From an uncultured Veillonellaceae bacterium (GTDB lineage Bacteria > Bacillota > Negativicutes > JARBTT01), in assembly GCA_963805085.1 (NCBI GenBank), contig CAWDTA010000002.1, positions 800,001 through 864,000 on the forward strand: a stretch of 64,000 bases of DNA. Reading direction: 5' to 3'. The notes under the pieces were generated by a model, which ran no database searches, had not been told where the DNA came from, and saw only the letters and a program-made list of their open reading frames with translations. Each line of letters opens with the position of its first letter. Position 1 is the stretch's first letter. Both the position numbers and the translations under genes were made by a program. Positions 41,181 through 51,742 of the stretch are shown piece after piece.

Positions 41181-42120
41181 ACAAGCACGTGGCTTAGGTA
41201 GAGGATTAGATTCATTAATTAGAAATACTGCTGTAGAGGAAAACGATGATAATGAAAAAGTGAAATCATTGGAACTGAATGTAATTGTTGCGAATCAATT
41301 TCAGCCAAGAAAAGAGTTTGATGACGAAGCCTTAGAAGAGCTGATGCAATCCATTAAGCAATATGGAGTGTTACAACCGGTGTTAGTTCGTAAAACGATA
41401 TCTGGCTATGAGCTCATTGCTGGTGAACGTCGCTTAAGAGCATCAAAACGTGCTGGTCTAAAATTTATTCCGGCAATTGTGCGTGAATATAGCGATTCGG
41501 AGATGACCGAAATCGCATTGATTGAAAATCTACAAAGAGAAGATTTAACAGCAATAGAAGAAGCTTCTGCTTATGAAAAATTGCTAACAACTTTTGGCCT
41601 TACCCAAGAAGAGTTAGCTCAAAAAGTTGGTAGAAGTCGTTCCCATATTGCAAACTTTATCCGTATGTTAACATTGCCCAAAATTATTCAAGATTATGTT
41701 TCACGTGAAACAATTTCCATGGGGCAGGCTAGACCACTTATTACACTTGATAACGAAAATTTGCAAATTGAAGCTGCTGAATATATTATTGCTGAAGATT
41801 TATCAGCAAGAGCAAGTGAAGAATTGGTTAAAAAATTGCTAATGAATCCAGACTTTTTAAGTGATCAACAGAGAAGTATCGATGAAGCGGAAGAAAATGA
41901 AACTGAAAATACACCAGAGCATCGAGAAGTCTTTTTAGCTGAGGCGGAAGATCGCTTAAAGTTAATGCTGGGAACACAGGTTAAAATTAAACAGGGAAAG
42001 AAAAAGAGTAGAATAGAAATAGACTTCTATTCTCAAGATGATCTTGATCGTATTATTGAAACCTTATCAGAACCAATTGCAGCAAGAACAACTAGGAATG
42101 CTGCAATATTTACAGTTTAA
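41173..42120 (+). CDS. spo0J: ParB/Spo0J
   Basis: [23 protein letters not shown] and SRSHIAN. Confidence 0.96.
   Translation: MSKQARGLGRGLDSLIRNTAVEENDDNEKVKSLELNVIVANQFQPRKEFDDEALEELMQSIKQYGVLQPVLVRKTISGYELIAGERRLRASKRAGLKFIPAIVREYSDSEMTEIALIENLQREDLTAIEEASAYEKLLTTFGLTQEELAQKVGRSRSHIANFIRMLTLPKIIQDYVSRETISMGQARPLITLDNENLQIEAAEYIIAEDLSARASEELVKKLLMNPDFLSDQQRSIDEAEENETENTPEHREVFLAEAEDRLKLMLGTQVKIKQGKKKSRIEIDFYSQDDLDRIIETLSEPIAARTTRNAAIFTV
41697..41712. promoter_or_regulatory. parS site (inside spo0J)
   Basis: Perfect TGTTTCACGTGAAACA. Confidence 0.95.
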
Positions 42121-42136
42121 TGTTTCACGTGAAACA
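42121..42136. promoter_or_regulatory. parS site (directly after the spo0J stop)
   Basis: Perfect TGTTTCACGTGAAACA. Confidence 0.95.
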
Positions 42137-42152
42137 TTTGGAGGCGTAGACA

Positions 42153-43553
42153 ATGAGAGTAGAGAAGGATTTGTTAGGTGAGAAGAGCCTTAATGAAGAG
42201 AGTTACTATGGTATTCACACAGCACGGGCAATAGAAAATTTTTCGATTAGTGATAAAAAGGTGAATTTAAAATTAGTTCAAGCGATTGCGCTTATTAAAC
42301 AAAGTGCTGCCGAGGTTAATATGGAGCTAGGCTATCTAGAACAAGAAAAAGGAAAGGCTATTATTCAGGCTGCAAAAGAAATGGCACAGGGAAATCTACA
42401 AGAGCATATTCTTGTTGATGCTTTGCAAGGTGGAGCTGGCACATCTACCAATATGAATATCAACGAAGTAATTGCCAATCGAGCCCTGGAGTTAGTAGGG
42501 CATAAGAAAGGTGATTATGACTACATACATCCCATCAATCATGTTAATTTACATCAATCTACCAATGACGTTTATCCTTCGGGATTAAAAATTGCTTGCA
42601 TTTGGGCTACTGAGGAACTAAGTAATGTTTGTGCTAAGTTACAAGAATCGTTGCAAAGAAAAGAAAGTGAATTTGCCCATGTCATTAAAATGGGGCGAAC
42701 ACAATTGCAAGATGCAGTGCCCATTACCTTAGGCCAAGAATTTGGTGCTTATGCGCAAGCTATTTCTCGAGATCGCTGGCGTATCTATAAATGCCAAGAA
42801 CGGTTAAAACAATTGAATCTAGGTGGTACTGCTATTGGTACAGGAATCACAGCCCCGATAAAGTATGTGTTTACAGTCGTAGAGCGATTGAGAGATTTGG
42901 TACATGTAAATATTGGACGAAGTGAAAATATGATTGATAGTACACAAAATGTTGACGTATTTGTAGAAGTATCTGGTTTAATTAAAACCCTTGCAGTAAA
43001 CTTAAATAAGATAGCAAATGATTTACGTTTGTTATCATCAGGACCTACTGGTGGATTTGGTGATATTAACTTACCACCTCGTCAAGCAGGGTCTTCCATT
43101 ATGCCAGGAAAGGTAAATCCAACGATTGCTGAAGCAACAAATCAAGCCTGCTTTCATATTATGGCTGGCGATTTGGCGATTACCTTAGCTGCACAAAATG
43201 GGCAATTGGAATTAAATGCCTTCTTACCACTTATTGCTCATCATTTATTGGAGAATATACAGCTGATGACGCGGACTATTACGATGTTAGACGAACGGTG
43301 TATTCAAGATATTTCGGCCAATGAAGCAGAGGCAAAACGAATTGTGTATCATTCAGCAGCATTAGTCACAGCTTTAGTTCCATATATTGGGTATAGTAAA
43401 GCAACTGAACTGGCAGTCAAGATGAATGAAACTAAGCAGAATATCGAAACGGTTATTTTAGAAAATAATATTATGGATCAGCAAGAACTGGCTGAATTCT
43501 TAGATCCATATCAACTTACAAGACCATATAAAGGTAAAAAAAGGGAGTTATAA
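42153..43553 (+). CDS. aspA: Aspartate ammonia-lyase
   Basis: QGGAGTSTNMN, QSTND, KMGRTQLQDAVP and GSSIMPGKVNP. Confidence 0.9.
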   Translation: MRVEKDLLGEKSLNEESYYGIHTARAIENFSISDKKVNLKLVQAIALIKQSAAEVNMELGYLEQEKGKAIIQAAKEMAQGNLQEHILVDALQGGAGTSTNMNINEVIANRALELVGHKKGDYDYIHPINHVNLHQSTNDVYPSGLKIACIWATEELSNVCAKLQESLQRKESEFAHVIKMGRTQLQDAVPITLGQEFGAYAQAISRDRWRIYKCQERLKQLNLGGTAIGTGITAPIKYVFTVVERLRDLVHVNIGRSENMIDSTQNVDVFVEVSGLIKTLAVNLNKIANDLRLLSSGPTGGFGDINLPPRQAGSSIMPGKVNPTIAEATNQACFHIMAGDLAITLAAQNGQLELNAFLPLIAHHLLENIQLMTRTITMLDERCIQDISANEAEAKRIVYHSAALVTALVPYIGYSKATELAVKMNETKQNIETVILENNIMDQQELAEFLDPYQLTRPYKGKKREL

Positions 43554-43555
43554 TC

Positions 43556-44782
43556 ATGCAAAGTACACCAAGAGGAAATAGATTGCATATTGGAATATTT
43601 GGCCGTAGAAACGCAGGAAAGTCCAGTTTGATTAATAGCTTAACGAAACAAGAGGCTGCACTCGTATCTCCGATAGCAGGTACGACGACAGATCCGGTTT
43701 ACAAAGCAATGGAAATTTTGCCAATTGGTCCAGTTATGATCATCGATACAGCAGGAATTGACGATTCTGGAACCTTGGGTGAAATGAGAATTGAAAAAAC
43801 AAAAGAAGTTATCACGAAAACGGACGTTGCGATTCTTGTAATGGATGGACAGGAAAAATTTTCTAATTATGAAGAAAGTTTAATTGAAGAATTAAAAAAA
43901 AGAAAAATATCGACGATTTTAGTTTTAAATAAGGAAGATGTTTTGCCAATTTCCGATAAAAAAGTAAAGGAATTAAAAGCAAAATTAAAAATACCAGTTT
44001 TAAAAGTTAGTACAGTAAGTCTCCAGGGGATTGAACCTTTAAAAGAGCAACTGATTAAAAGTGTTCCTGATCATTGGGATGGACAACCTCTAGTTGGTGA
44101 TTTAATCAATGGTGGGGATAGTGTTGTAATGGTTGTACCGATTGACACTGCGGCACCTAAGGGAAGACTTATATTGCCACAGGTGCAAGCGATTCGAGAT
44201 GTATTAGATCATGATGGACACGCATTGGTCGTAAAAGAAAGAGAGTTAAAATCACTTCTTGATAATTTAAAAGAGAAACCTAAACTGGTCATTACTGATT
44301 CACAAGAATTCCTAAAAGTTGAGGCGGATACCCCAAAGGAGATCAAACTTACTTCATTTTCCATTTTAATGGCGCGTCATAAAGGAAATTTGGAAACTTT
44401 AGTTATGGGGGCCAAAGCCGTTGATTCATTAAAACGTGGCGATAAAGTTTTAATTGCTGAAGCCTGTACACATCAATGTCAGTCAGATGATATTGGCCGT
44501 GTAAAAATACCGCGATGGTTACGTCAATATGTAGGTGGCGAGTTAGAGTTCCATTGGGTTAGTGGGAATAGTTTCCCCGTTGACTTGCAGAAGTATAAGT
44601 TGATTATTCATTGTGGTGGCTGTATGATTAATCGTCGTGCGATGCTTCATCGTATGCAAGTTGCCGAAGATCATAAAGTACCGATTGTAAATTATGGAGT
44701 GCTCATTGCAAAGTTACATGGTATTTTGCCGCGAGCGTTAAGTCCATTTCCTTATTTACAAATGCTAATAGAAGAGGAATAA
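43556..44782 (+). CDS. hydF: [FeFe]-hydrogenase maturation GTPase HydF
   Basis: GRRNAGKSS, GTTTD, DTAG, APKGRLILPQ, EACTH and HCGGC. Confidence 0.95.
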   Translation: MQSTPRGNRLHIGIFGRRNAGKSSLINSLTKQEAALVSPIAGTTTDPVYKAMEILPIGPVMIIDTAGIDDSGTLGEMRIEKTKEVITKTDVAILVMDGQEKFSNYEESLIEELKKRKISTILVLNKEDVLPISDKKVKELKAKLKIPVLKVSTVSLQGIEPLKEQLIKSVPDHWDGQPLVGDLINGGDSVVMVVPIDTAAPKGRLILPQVQAIRDVLDHDGHALVVKERELKSLLDNLKEKPKLVITDSQEFLKVEADTPKEIKLTSFSILMARHKGNLETLVMGAKAVDSLKRGDKVLIAEACTHQCQSDDIGRVKIPRWLRQYVGGELEFHWVSGNSFPVDLQKYKLIIHCGGCMINRRAMLHRMQVAEDHKVPIVNYGVLIAKLHGILPRALSPFPYLQMLIEEE

Positions 44783-44800
44783 TATAATAGGAGATATAAT

Positions 44801-45481
44801 ATGAAGGGTGCATTGGTTAACTTTGCAGCAATTCTTGCCGGGTCAATCGTAGGCTTGATTTTAAAAAGAGGGATACCAGAAAAATATAAAGAAACTATAA
44901 TTGATGGATTGGGTTTAGCGGTAATGGTGATTGGTTTTAAAATGGCATTGGTGACGGAAAATATATTGGTGGTCATTGTCAGCATAGCACTAGGGGCTTG
45001 TGTAGGTGAAATTATGGGTATTGATGCTATGTTAAATCGTGTCGGCGCTTTATTGACGGAGAAGTTAGGCGGACGCTACGGTGATGTTGGTAAAGGGTTT
45101 GTGACCGCAACGCTTATTTTTTGTATTGGCGCAATGGCGATCGTTGGTAGTATCCAAGAAGGGTTAACTGGAGATGCTAGCACACTTTATGCAAAGTCAA
45201 TGATTGATGGTATCGCTGCCATTATTTTTACGGCAGCAATGGGAATTGGCGTTGCTTTTTCTGCCGTACCAGTTTTTATGTATCAAGCGACTATTACCGT
45301 TGGGGCGAGTTGTTTTGGTGAACTTCTTTCAAAGGCAGCGATTAATGAACTTACAGCTGTTGGCGGAGTACTGATTATTGCAATTAGTTTCGCAATGCTT
45401 GAGATTAAAAAAATTAGAGTGGCAAATTTATTGCCAGCGATTCCCATAGCAGTATTACTCGTTATTTGGGATATTTTATAA
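44801..45481 (+). CDS. DUF554 family membrane protein
   Basis: GALVN..GFVTATLIFCIGAMAIVGSI..KSMIDG..RVANLLP. Confidence 0.88.
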   Translation: MKGALVNFAAILAGSIVGLILKRGIPEKYKETIIDGLGLAVMVIGFKMALVTENILVVIVSIALGACVGEIMGIDAMLNRVGALLTEKLGGRYGDVGKGFVTATLIFCIGAMAIVGSIQEGLTGDASTLYAKSMIDGIAAIIFTAAMGIGVAFSAVPVFMYQATITVGASCFGELLSKAAINELTAVGGVLIIAISFAMLEIKKIRVANLLPAIPIAVLLVIWDIL

Positions 45482-45508
45482 GGATAAGAGTTAAGGAGTT
45501 TTGTAAAA

Positions 45509-46024
45509 ATGGGACAAGGTATAGATTTATCAATTATAGCAACATTTATTACCAATAATATACATTATGTAATCTTGGTAATGACAGTATTATTATTATT
45601 TTCATTGGTAGTATTTGTTAATATCAATATGAAATTATCATACATGAATAAACGTTATAAAAAGTTGATGACTGGTATGGATGGTAGTAATATTGAACGA
45701 ATTCTTATGGCACATATTGATGAAGTGCGAGAACTCGTAAAAAAAGTTGATCAACTAGAAAATGAAAATAAGCGCATGGACACACTGTCGAAAAAAGCAG
45801 TGCAAAAAATAGGCGTTGTTCGTTTTAGTGCCTTTGAAGGGATTGGCAGCGATTTAAGTTATGCAGTGGCCGTTCTTGATTATAATAATAATGGTGTGGT
45901 TTTTTCCAGTATTTTTGGTCGAGAAGATTCTCGTACTTATGCAAAACCAATTATTGATTGCAAGTCTACATATCTGTTAACGGATGAGGAAAAAAGTGCA
46001 ATTGAGCAGGCAATTAAAAAATAA
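45509..46024 (+). CDS. DUF4446 family protein
   Basis: N-terminal TM, coiled coil and QKIGVVRFSAF..LSYAVAVLD..GREDSRTYAKPI. Confidence 0.85.
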   Translation: MGQGIDLSIIATFITNNIHYVILVMTVLLLFSLVVFVNINMKLSYMNKRYKKLMTGMDGSNIERILMAHIDEVRELVKKVDQLENENKRMDTLSKKAVQKIGVVRFSAFEGIGSDLSYAVAVLDYNNNGVVFSSIFGREDSRTYAKPIIDCKSTYLLTDEEKSAIEQAIKK

Positions 46025-46103
46025 TTCTCTAAAAAAGGAGGATTTTTCATATTTATGGCAAAATAATAAGGTTGATATGATTTAAAAGTTTGGAGGATTT
46101 TGA

Positions 46104-46988
46104 TTGAATAAAAACGCTCAAAAATCAGATAAACGAGAATATACTTTAAAAATTATTCCACATCAAGGCGGAGATGTTCGTAGTCTTAGGTTACCAATGC
46201 GAACCATCAAATATGGTGTGGCAACGATTTGTACAAGTGCAATCTTATTTGTTGGTGCTTTTTGCTATTCTACGTATAATGCAAGTTTGATTCAAAAAGA
46301 CCAAGCTGAATTAGACGAATTGCGGCAAGTAAATAATATACAACAAACACAAATTCTGCAATTAGCTAAGAAAGCGGCTAATTTACAAGAAGATATGAAT
46401 AAATTAGATGAGTTGGAAGGCGAATTGCGGCAATTGACAACGGGGGCTGGGACAGATAAAACTGTTCATGATGGGCAAGGTGGTCCAGGGATTAAGCCAA
46501 ATGTAGAAAATTTAAATGAAACATTGAACAGTTTAGAACAGAATATAAAAATTCGTCGAGCAAACCTAGAAAGTTTAAAGGCGAGTCTTGTAACCCAACA
46601 AGCGAAAATCGCCGTCACCCCGTCCATATGGCCAGCAAATGGCGAAGTTAGTTCTCGCTATGGCTTACGCTGGGGTGGTAGTGACTTCCATCCGGGAATT
46701 GATATTGCAGCAGATACTGGAACTCCAGTTGTGGCAACTGCTGATGGTGTTGTCGTTGAAAGTGGTTGGAATTCTGGTGGGTATGGCAATCTAGTAGAAA
46801 TTGACCATGGTAATGGTATCCACACGCTTTATGGACATAATTCGCAGATCGCTGTAAGTATAGGAACAGCAGTAAAAAAAGGACAGGTTATTGCTTATAT
46901 GGGCAGTACTGGTTTTAGTACAGGACCGCATGTACATTATGAAGTTCGTGTTAATGGTAAAGCAGTTAATCCAGATCGATATTTATAA
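46104..46988 (+). CDS. M23 family peptidoglycan endopeptidase with TM and coiled coil
   Basis: PSIWP..HPGID..GYGN..YGH..STGPHVHYEV. Confidence 0.93.
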   Translation: MNKNAQKSDKREYTLKIIPHQGGDVRSLRLPMRTIKYGVATICTSAILFVGAFCYSTYNASLIQKDQAELDELRQVNNIQQTQILQLAKKAANLQEDMNKLDELEGELRQLTTGAGTDKTVHDGQGGPGIKPNVENLNETLNSLEQNIKIRRANLESLKASLVTQQAKIAVTPSIWPANGEVSSRYGLRWGGSDFHPGIDIAADTGTPVVATADGVVVESGWNSGGYGNLVEIDHGNGIHTLYGHNSQIAVSIGTAVKKGQVIAYMGSTGFSTGPHVHYEVRVNGKAVNPDRYL

Positions 46989-47025
46989 TAGTTAATAATA
47001 AATATAGAGGGGCGCGTGCACAGGG

Positions 47026-47418
47026 ATGTTTAGTAGTAAGAAAAAAAGCAGTAGTTTTGGAACAAATGATATTGAAACAATCATTGGAAAGAATACGCAA
47101 TTTAAAGGCGTGCTCAGTGGAGATGGCAATATTCGTGTTGATGGAAATTTAGATGGTGAAATTAGTTCAACAGGTGATGTTGTGATTGGTGATCAAGGGA
47201 ATATTACCGCAACGATAAAGGCCAATAATGTTTTGATATCTGGAGTAGTAAAGGGAAATGTTGTTGCAAATAGCAAACTTGAAATTACATCCGCCGGTAA
47301 ATTATTTGGTGATGTAAAAGCTGCGGTGCTAAGCATTGCTGAAGGCGCGTCATTTAAAGGAAATAGTAACATGGAAGCTACTAAAGTTTTGCCAGAAGAA
47401 GTAAAGAAAGCAAAGTAA
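47026..47418 (+). CDS. Bactofilin (polymer-forming cytoskeletal protein)
   Basis: TIIG..IRVDG.LDGEI..VIG..ISG.VKGNV..GA.FKG beta-helix repeats. Confidence 0.92.
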   Translation: MFSSKKKSSSFGTNDIETIIGKNTQFKGVLSGDGNIRVDGNLDGEISSTGDVVIGDQGNITATIKANNVLISGVVKGNVVANSKLEITSAGKLFGDVKAAVLSIAEGASFKGNSNMEATKVLPEEVKKAK

Positions 47419-47538
47419 TTCACATTGATATCCATAGCGTCCGACTATGGTATACCAGTTAGAAATAGTGAAGTATGGCAGAGAAAGTTATCTATTCTGC
47501 TTTTTGTCAGCAAAGATAAAAAGGGAATGGCAACATAG

Positions 47539-47592
47539 AAATAATAGGGTATATTACAAAACTGACACTTGTAATATACCCTATTATTTTTT
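47539..47592. terminator. Bidirectional terminator
   Basis: AAATAATAGGGTATATTACAA..TTGTAATATACCCTATTATTT. Confidence 0.85.
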
Positions 47593-47599
47593 ATATGCT

Positions 47600-48190
47600 T
47601 TAAATGGAAGCTTTTATGGATGGAAGCCTTGAATGTCTCAACGCAAAAGCGATCGCTCGAGCAATGGTATCGGCCATATTCATCACTAAATGAAGACGAG
47701 TGCTTTGCAATACGAGGTGTTCCATGAAACCGCTGACATTGACGATTCCCGTTATGTAAGCATCTCCAACCGGAGGTAAATCTTTTTTGACAGCGGCTCC
47801 AGGCTTTACGGAACCACGCCCAAGTGATAAGTATCCTACATTATCTAAGCGACCTAAGCAAGCATCAATCGCAATGATAAATGGTCTGTGGAATTGACTA
47901 TTGATAATATTCATATAATCAACTAAATTGGTGGCGTGAACCGGTTCTTCTAATGTACCAAAAATCGGTGAGGCAACTTGCAGAAGTTTTAATTTTGTGC
48001 CTGTCAATGGACCAAGTGCGTCTCCGGTAGAACGATCCGTACCGATACAGACAAACACGATATCTCGATGACTGGTCTGTGCTTCATATAGAATCGTTTG
48101 TATCTTTGTAGCAAAATCAAATATAATCGTAGGTGTATGGATTGAAAGTTTTGATTCTAATTTTTGTGGTTTAAAAATATTTGTTAGCAT
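47600..48190 (-). CDS. yyaC: Spore protease YyaC
   Basis: CIGTDRSTGDALGP, PVHA, IDACLG and LQSTRL. Upstream GCATA-16-GGACATAATG (48252-48222) resembles a forespore sigma-F/G promoter. Confidence 0.93.
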   Translation of the reverse strand: MLTNIFKPQKLESKLSIHTPTIIFDFATKIQTILYEAQTSHRDIVFVCIGTDRSTGDALGPLTGTKLKLLQVASPIFGTLEEPVHATNLVDYMNIINSQFHRPFIIAIDACLGRLDNVGYLSLGRGSVKPGAAVKKDLPPVGDAYITGIVNVSGFMEHLVLQSTRLHLVMNMADTIARAIAFALRHSRLPSIKASI

Positions 48191-48595
48191 AGTGTACTCC
48201 TGTCTTTTATTTGAACACTATCATTATGTCCGAAGGTACTACTGGTTTATGCAGAAAATAGGAAGGAACATAACTTTTACAAGAAATTAAGAATTTATAC
48301 TAGTAAAAACAAAAAAATACAAGGCGAATAAGAAAAAAACGAAAAAATAAAATTTATAATGTATTCTTGTATACCGCAAAACAATGCAGTACAAAATTTC
48401 TAAGAATCTAAGTAAGATGTATCGGTTTATGCCTGTTATGGTTATCGTTAAGAAGACTTAATTAACAAATTTGAAATAGATGTTATTGCGTATAAAAAAA
48501 CAATAATTGCATAAATATTCAATTAAAACCGACGATTTCTGCAGAAAAGTGCTAAAAATAAGGATTATTATGCAGGTTGATTTTAAATATATGTA

Positions 48596-49004
48596 TTGAC
48601 AGTATTAGTATTCGTTTTTATAATTAATATACGTTACAGGTTTAGCGTATTGTAAAAAAACAAATGTCTCTACAAAATGGAAAAAACAGCAACCGATAGA
48701 GCAATTAAGAAGAAATGTGACGATAGATATTGTGATATCGTCATATTTAGTTTGAATTCAATAATAAATAATGGCGTTTATTTATTGATCTTTATATTAA
48801 TGTGGTTTATAAATTAGCCATGCGACAGTGAATCTTAATAAGGGTAGCTGTAGCAAGGTTTTTTTATTAGTTAAATAAAGTTGATGAATGGATAGAAAAG
48901 AGATCATTGTAACAATCATTATTTAGGTAAGTATCATTATCTAAGAGTATTTACCTAAGTTGATTTTTCATTTGTGTATTTGATATGGAGGAGAGGGAAA
49001 AAGT
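48596..49004 (+). promoter_or_regulatory. Consensus promoter plus ~370-nt structured leader of the glutamate synthase operon
   Basis: TTGACA-17-TATAAT (48596-48624), hairpins at 48758-48788 and 48791-48813, and a terminator-like stem with T-tract at 48816-48865. Confidence 0.6.
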
Positions 49005-50111
49005 ATGTGCAGAATTGGATCAATCAAAAGTAAAGTACCAGTTCACCCATCAAAAGCTTTGCATTTAATGCTACCACAACAAGAGGGACATGATAATTCA
49101 GGCTTCGCTATGGTTATGCAAGATTTGTATGGAGTTTTTACTGAGTATAAAGATAAGCCGCTACTATCCTTAGCGTGTACGCAACGTGGTGCGCAATTAG
49201 TAGAAGATTATATGGACAGTCATAACTTTGTTCAATTGGCTGAATGGATTCCAAAACCAAATAAACAGCAAGGGCTGGATATTAAAGCAATGCCTTACTA
49301 CATTTTCCGTAATTATGATTATCCTGAACAATATAATGATAAAACCCAAGAAGAACGAGAAGAACTGATGCTCGATACTCGTCTTGCGCTTCGTAAAATA
49401 TTAGAGGAAACAAATGAAGGTTACGTATATTCCTTCTGGCCTGATGTTTTAACGTTAAAAGAGATTGGCGATCCTCGCGATATTGCAACTTATTTCAGAC
49501 TTTGGGATGACAGCGGTATGCTTGTTGCAAAAAGTATCGTAACGCAATGTCGTCAAAATACAAACTATGATATTGTGCGTTATGCAGCTCACCCGTTTTT
49601 TATCCAAGGCTATACCTTATGTGCAAATGGTGAGAATACGTTCTATACAAAAAATATGGAGTATCAAAAGTCACTCCATCGTGGCTATACTGGTTTTGAG
49701 TCAGATTCTCAAAACTTTATCTATACACTTCATTACGTACTTCGCCAATTGAAATGGCCAATTCAATATTATAAGCATGTTATCACGCCACTTTCTTTTG
49801 CTGAAGCTGAACAGCGGGAAGATAAGAAAGTTCTTAGTGTAATTCGTCAATCGTTAGGTCATTTAGAAATCAATGGCCCCAATACGATTATTGCTGTACT
49901 GCCAAGCGGGGATATGATCACTTGTTGTGATTCTAAAAAACTTCGCCCTGTTGTTGTTGGTGGTGATGATATGACAATCGCAATTTCATCTGAAGTATGT
50001 GGTTTAAATGCTATTTTACCGAATCGTGATATGTCGAAAGATATTTATCCAAATGAACGGGAAGTTGTTGTAATCAATAATGATTTGGAGGTGCAAAGAT
50101 GGAAACAGTAA
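49005..50111 (+). CDS. Glutamate synthase amidotransferase subunit (class II GAT, GltB1-like)
   Basis: N-terminal Cys (MCRIG), RQNTN, AHPF, NGE, SDS and LRP. Confidence 0.85.
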   Translation: MCRIGSIKSKVPVHPSKALHLMLPQQEGHDNSGFAMVMQDLYGVFTEYKDKPLLSLACTQRGAQLVEDYMDSHNFVQLAEWIPKPNKQQGLDIKAMPYYIFRNYDYPEQYNDKTQEEREELMLDTRLALRKILEETNEGYVYSFWPDVLTLKEIGDPRDIATYFRLWDDSGMLVAKSIVTQCRQNTNYDIVRYAAHPFFIQGYTLCANGENTFYTKNMEYQKSLHRGYTGFESDSQNFIYTLHYVLRQLKWPIQYYKHVITPLSFAEAEQREDKKVLSVIRQSLGHLEINGPNTIIAVLPSGDMITCCDSKKLRPVVVGGDDMTIAISSEVCGLNAILPNRDMSKDIYPNEREVVVINNDLEVQRWKQ

Positions 50112-51730
50112 GAACGCAAGACATTAGTGTCAATGATCTTAAATGGAAAATAGAATATTACGCAGAACGCTGTACAATGTGTGGTAGTTGCGTAGCGACT
50201 TGTACGAAAAATGCAATCGAAGCGTGTATATCGCATCGTTCTGTTACCGTTTCTAATGCGCATCAGCCAGAACCAGTAAAAGAACATAAAGCGATTCCCG
50301 TAATCAAGCAAGTAGCGAATATTGCAAATGCTTGCGTTGGTTGTGGTATGTGCGAAAAGGTCTGTCCAAATCATGCGATTAAAGCAGTGCGTAATATCGA
50401 CAATCGCTTCAATTTATTGGCACGTGATCATGGTCCGATTAAACGTGGTGGGCGGACGAATTTAAATGCACAACGTACGCTTGATAACATTATCGTTGGG
50501 CGTATATCGCAGATGACTGACCCGGCACTTGATTCAGAACGTCATACCTTCGATATTCGTGCACCATTTGGTAGAGTACTCCTTCCAAGGGAGTTACCAT
50601 TGATATCAGAAAATGGGCAGTTAACCTTAACGGGTAAAATACCACCAGTCAATTGGATTTATCCACTTATCTTTAGTGATATGTCTATTGGTGCATTATC
50701 AACAAGAGCATGGGAAGCCGTTTCTCTAGCAACTGCTTATTTAAATGAAAAACATAATTTGCCAATTCGTATGTGCTCTGGTGAGGGCGGTATGCCGGTG
50801 AAATTACTAGAATCAGAAAAATTGAAATATATGATTTTACAAATTGCATCCGGTCATTTTGGTTGGAATAGAATTATCAAAGCAATGCCACGGATGAAAG
50901 TGGATCCTGCTGGTATATTGATTAAAATTGGTCAAGGGGCGAAGCCTGGTGATGGCGGGCTCTTGCCAGCAGCAAAAGTTGCGGAACATGTGCAAGCGAT
51001 TCGTGGTGTACCAAAGGCGACTCTAAGCTCACCACCAAATCATCAAGGCTTGTATTCGATTGAAGAATCTGTACAGAAAATGCATTTATCCTTAAATGCA
51101 GCCTTCGGTTTTAGAGTGCCAGTTGCAATTAAATGTGCAGCTTCGGCGACTTCCGTATCCGTATATAACAATTTACTTCGTGATCCGTATAAAATTTGCG
51201 GTGGCTTTTTTATTGATGGGATCCAAGGTGGTACAGGGGCGGCCAATGAAGTTTCGTTAGATCATACTGGACACCCAATTGTATCAAAACTACGCGAATG
51301 TTATTTAGCAGCGGTGAAACAAGGTTTACAAGGTCAAATCCCTCTTTGGGCAGGTGGCGGCATGGGCTTAACTGGCAATGCCGCAGCAGATGCCTTTAAA
51401 ATGATTTGTTTAGGGGCAAACGGTGTTTTTGTGGGTAAAATTCTTATTCAGCTACTTGGTTGTATTGGGAATGAAAATGGTCGTTGCAATGCTTGTTCTA
51501 CTGGTAAATGTCCAACGGGTATTTGTACACAAGATCCTCGTTTGGTAAAACGTTTGGATATCGATAAAGGTGCACAAAATATCGTTGATTATATCTTAGC
51601 GTTAGACAGCGAAATGCGTAAATTAATGGCGCCAATCGGTAACAGTTCACTTCCAGTCGGTCGTTCTGATGCATTGGTAACAACTGATAAAGCGATTGCT
51701 GATAAACTTGGAATACAATATGTATGTTAG
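50099..51730 (+). CDS. Glutamate synthase FMN-binding subunit with N-terminal 2x[4Fe-4S] (GltB2-like)
   Basis: CTMCGSCVATC, CVGCGMCEKVC, MSIGALS, SGEGG, QIASG, KIGQGAKPGDGG and CSTGKCPTGICTQ. Confidence 0.92.
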   Translation: METVRTQDISVNDLKWKIEYYAERCTMCGSCVATCTKNAIEACISHRSVTVSNAHQPEPVKEHKAIPVIKQVANIANACVGCGMCEKVCPNHAIKAVRNIDNRFNLLARDHGPIKRGGRTNLNAQRTLDNIIVGRISQMTDPALDSERHTFDIRAPFGRVLLPRELPLISENGQLTLTGKIPPVNWIYPLIFSDMSIGALSTRAWEAVSLATAYLNEKHNLPIRMCSGEGGMPVKLLESEKLKYMILQIASGHFGWNRIIKAMPRMKVDPAGILIKIGQGAKPGDGGLLPAAKVAEHVQAIRGVPKATLSSPPNHQGLYSIEESVQKMHLSLNAAFGFRVPVAIKCAASATSVSVYNNLLRDPYKICGGFFIDGIQGGTGAANEVSLDHTGHPIVSKLRECYLAAVKQGLQGQIPLWAGGGMGLTGNAAADAFKMICLGANGVFVGKILIQLLGCIGNENGRCNACSTGKCPTGICTQDPRLVKRLDIDKGAQNIVDYILALDSEMRKLMAPIGNSSLPVGRSDALVTTDKAIADKLGIQYVC

Positions 51731-51742
51731 GAGGGAAGCTAC

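Noticed and set aside
48535-48550. CodY-box-like sequence upstream of the glt promoter
   Set aside because: Only about 10 of 15 positions match, in very AT-rich DNA.
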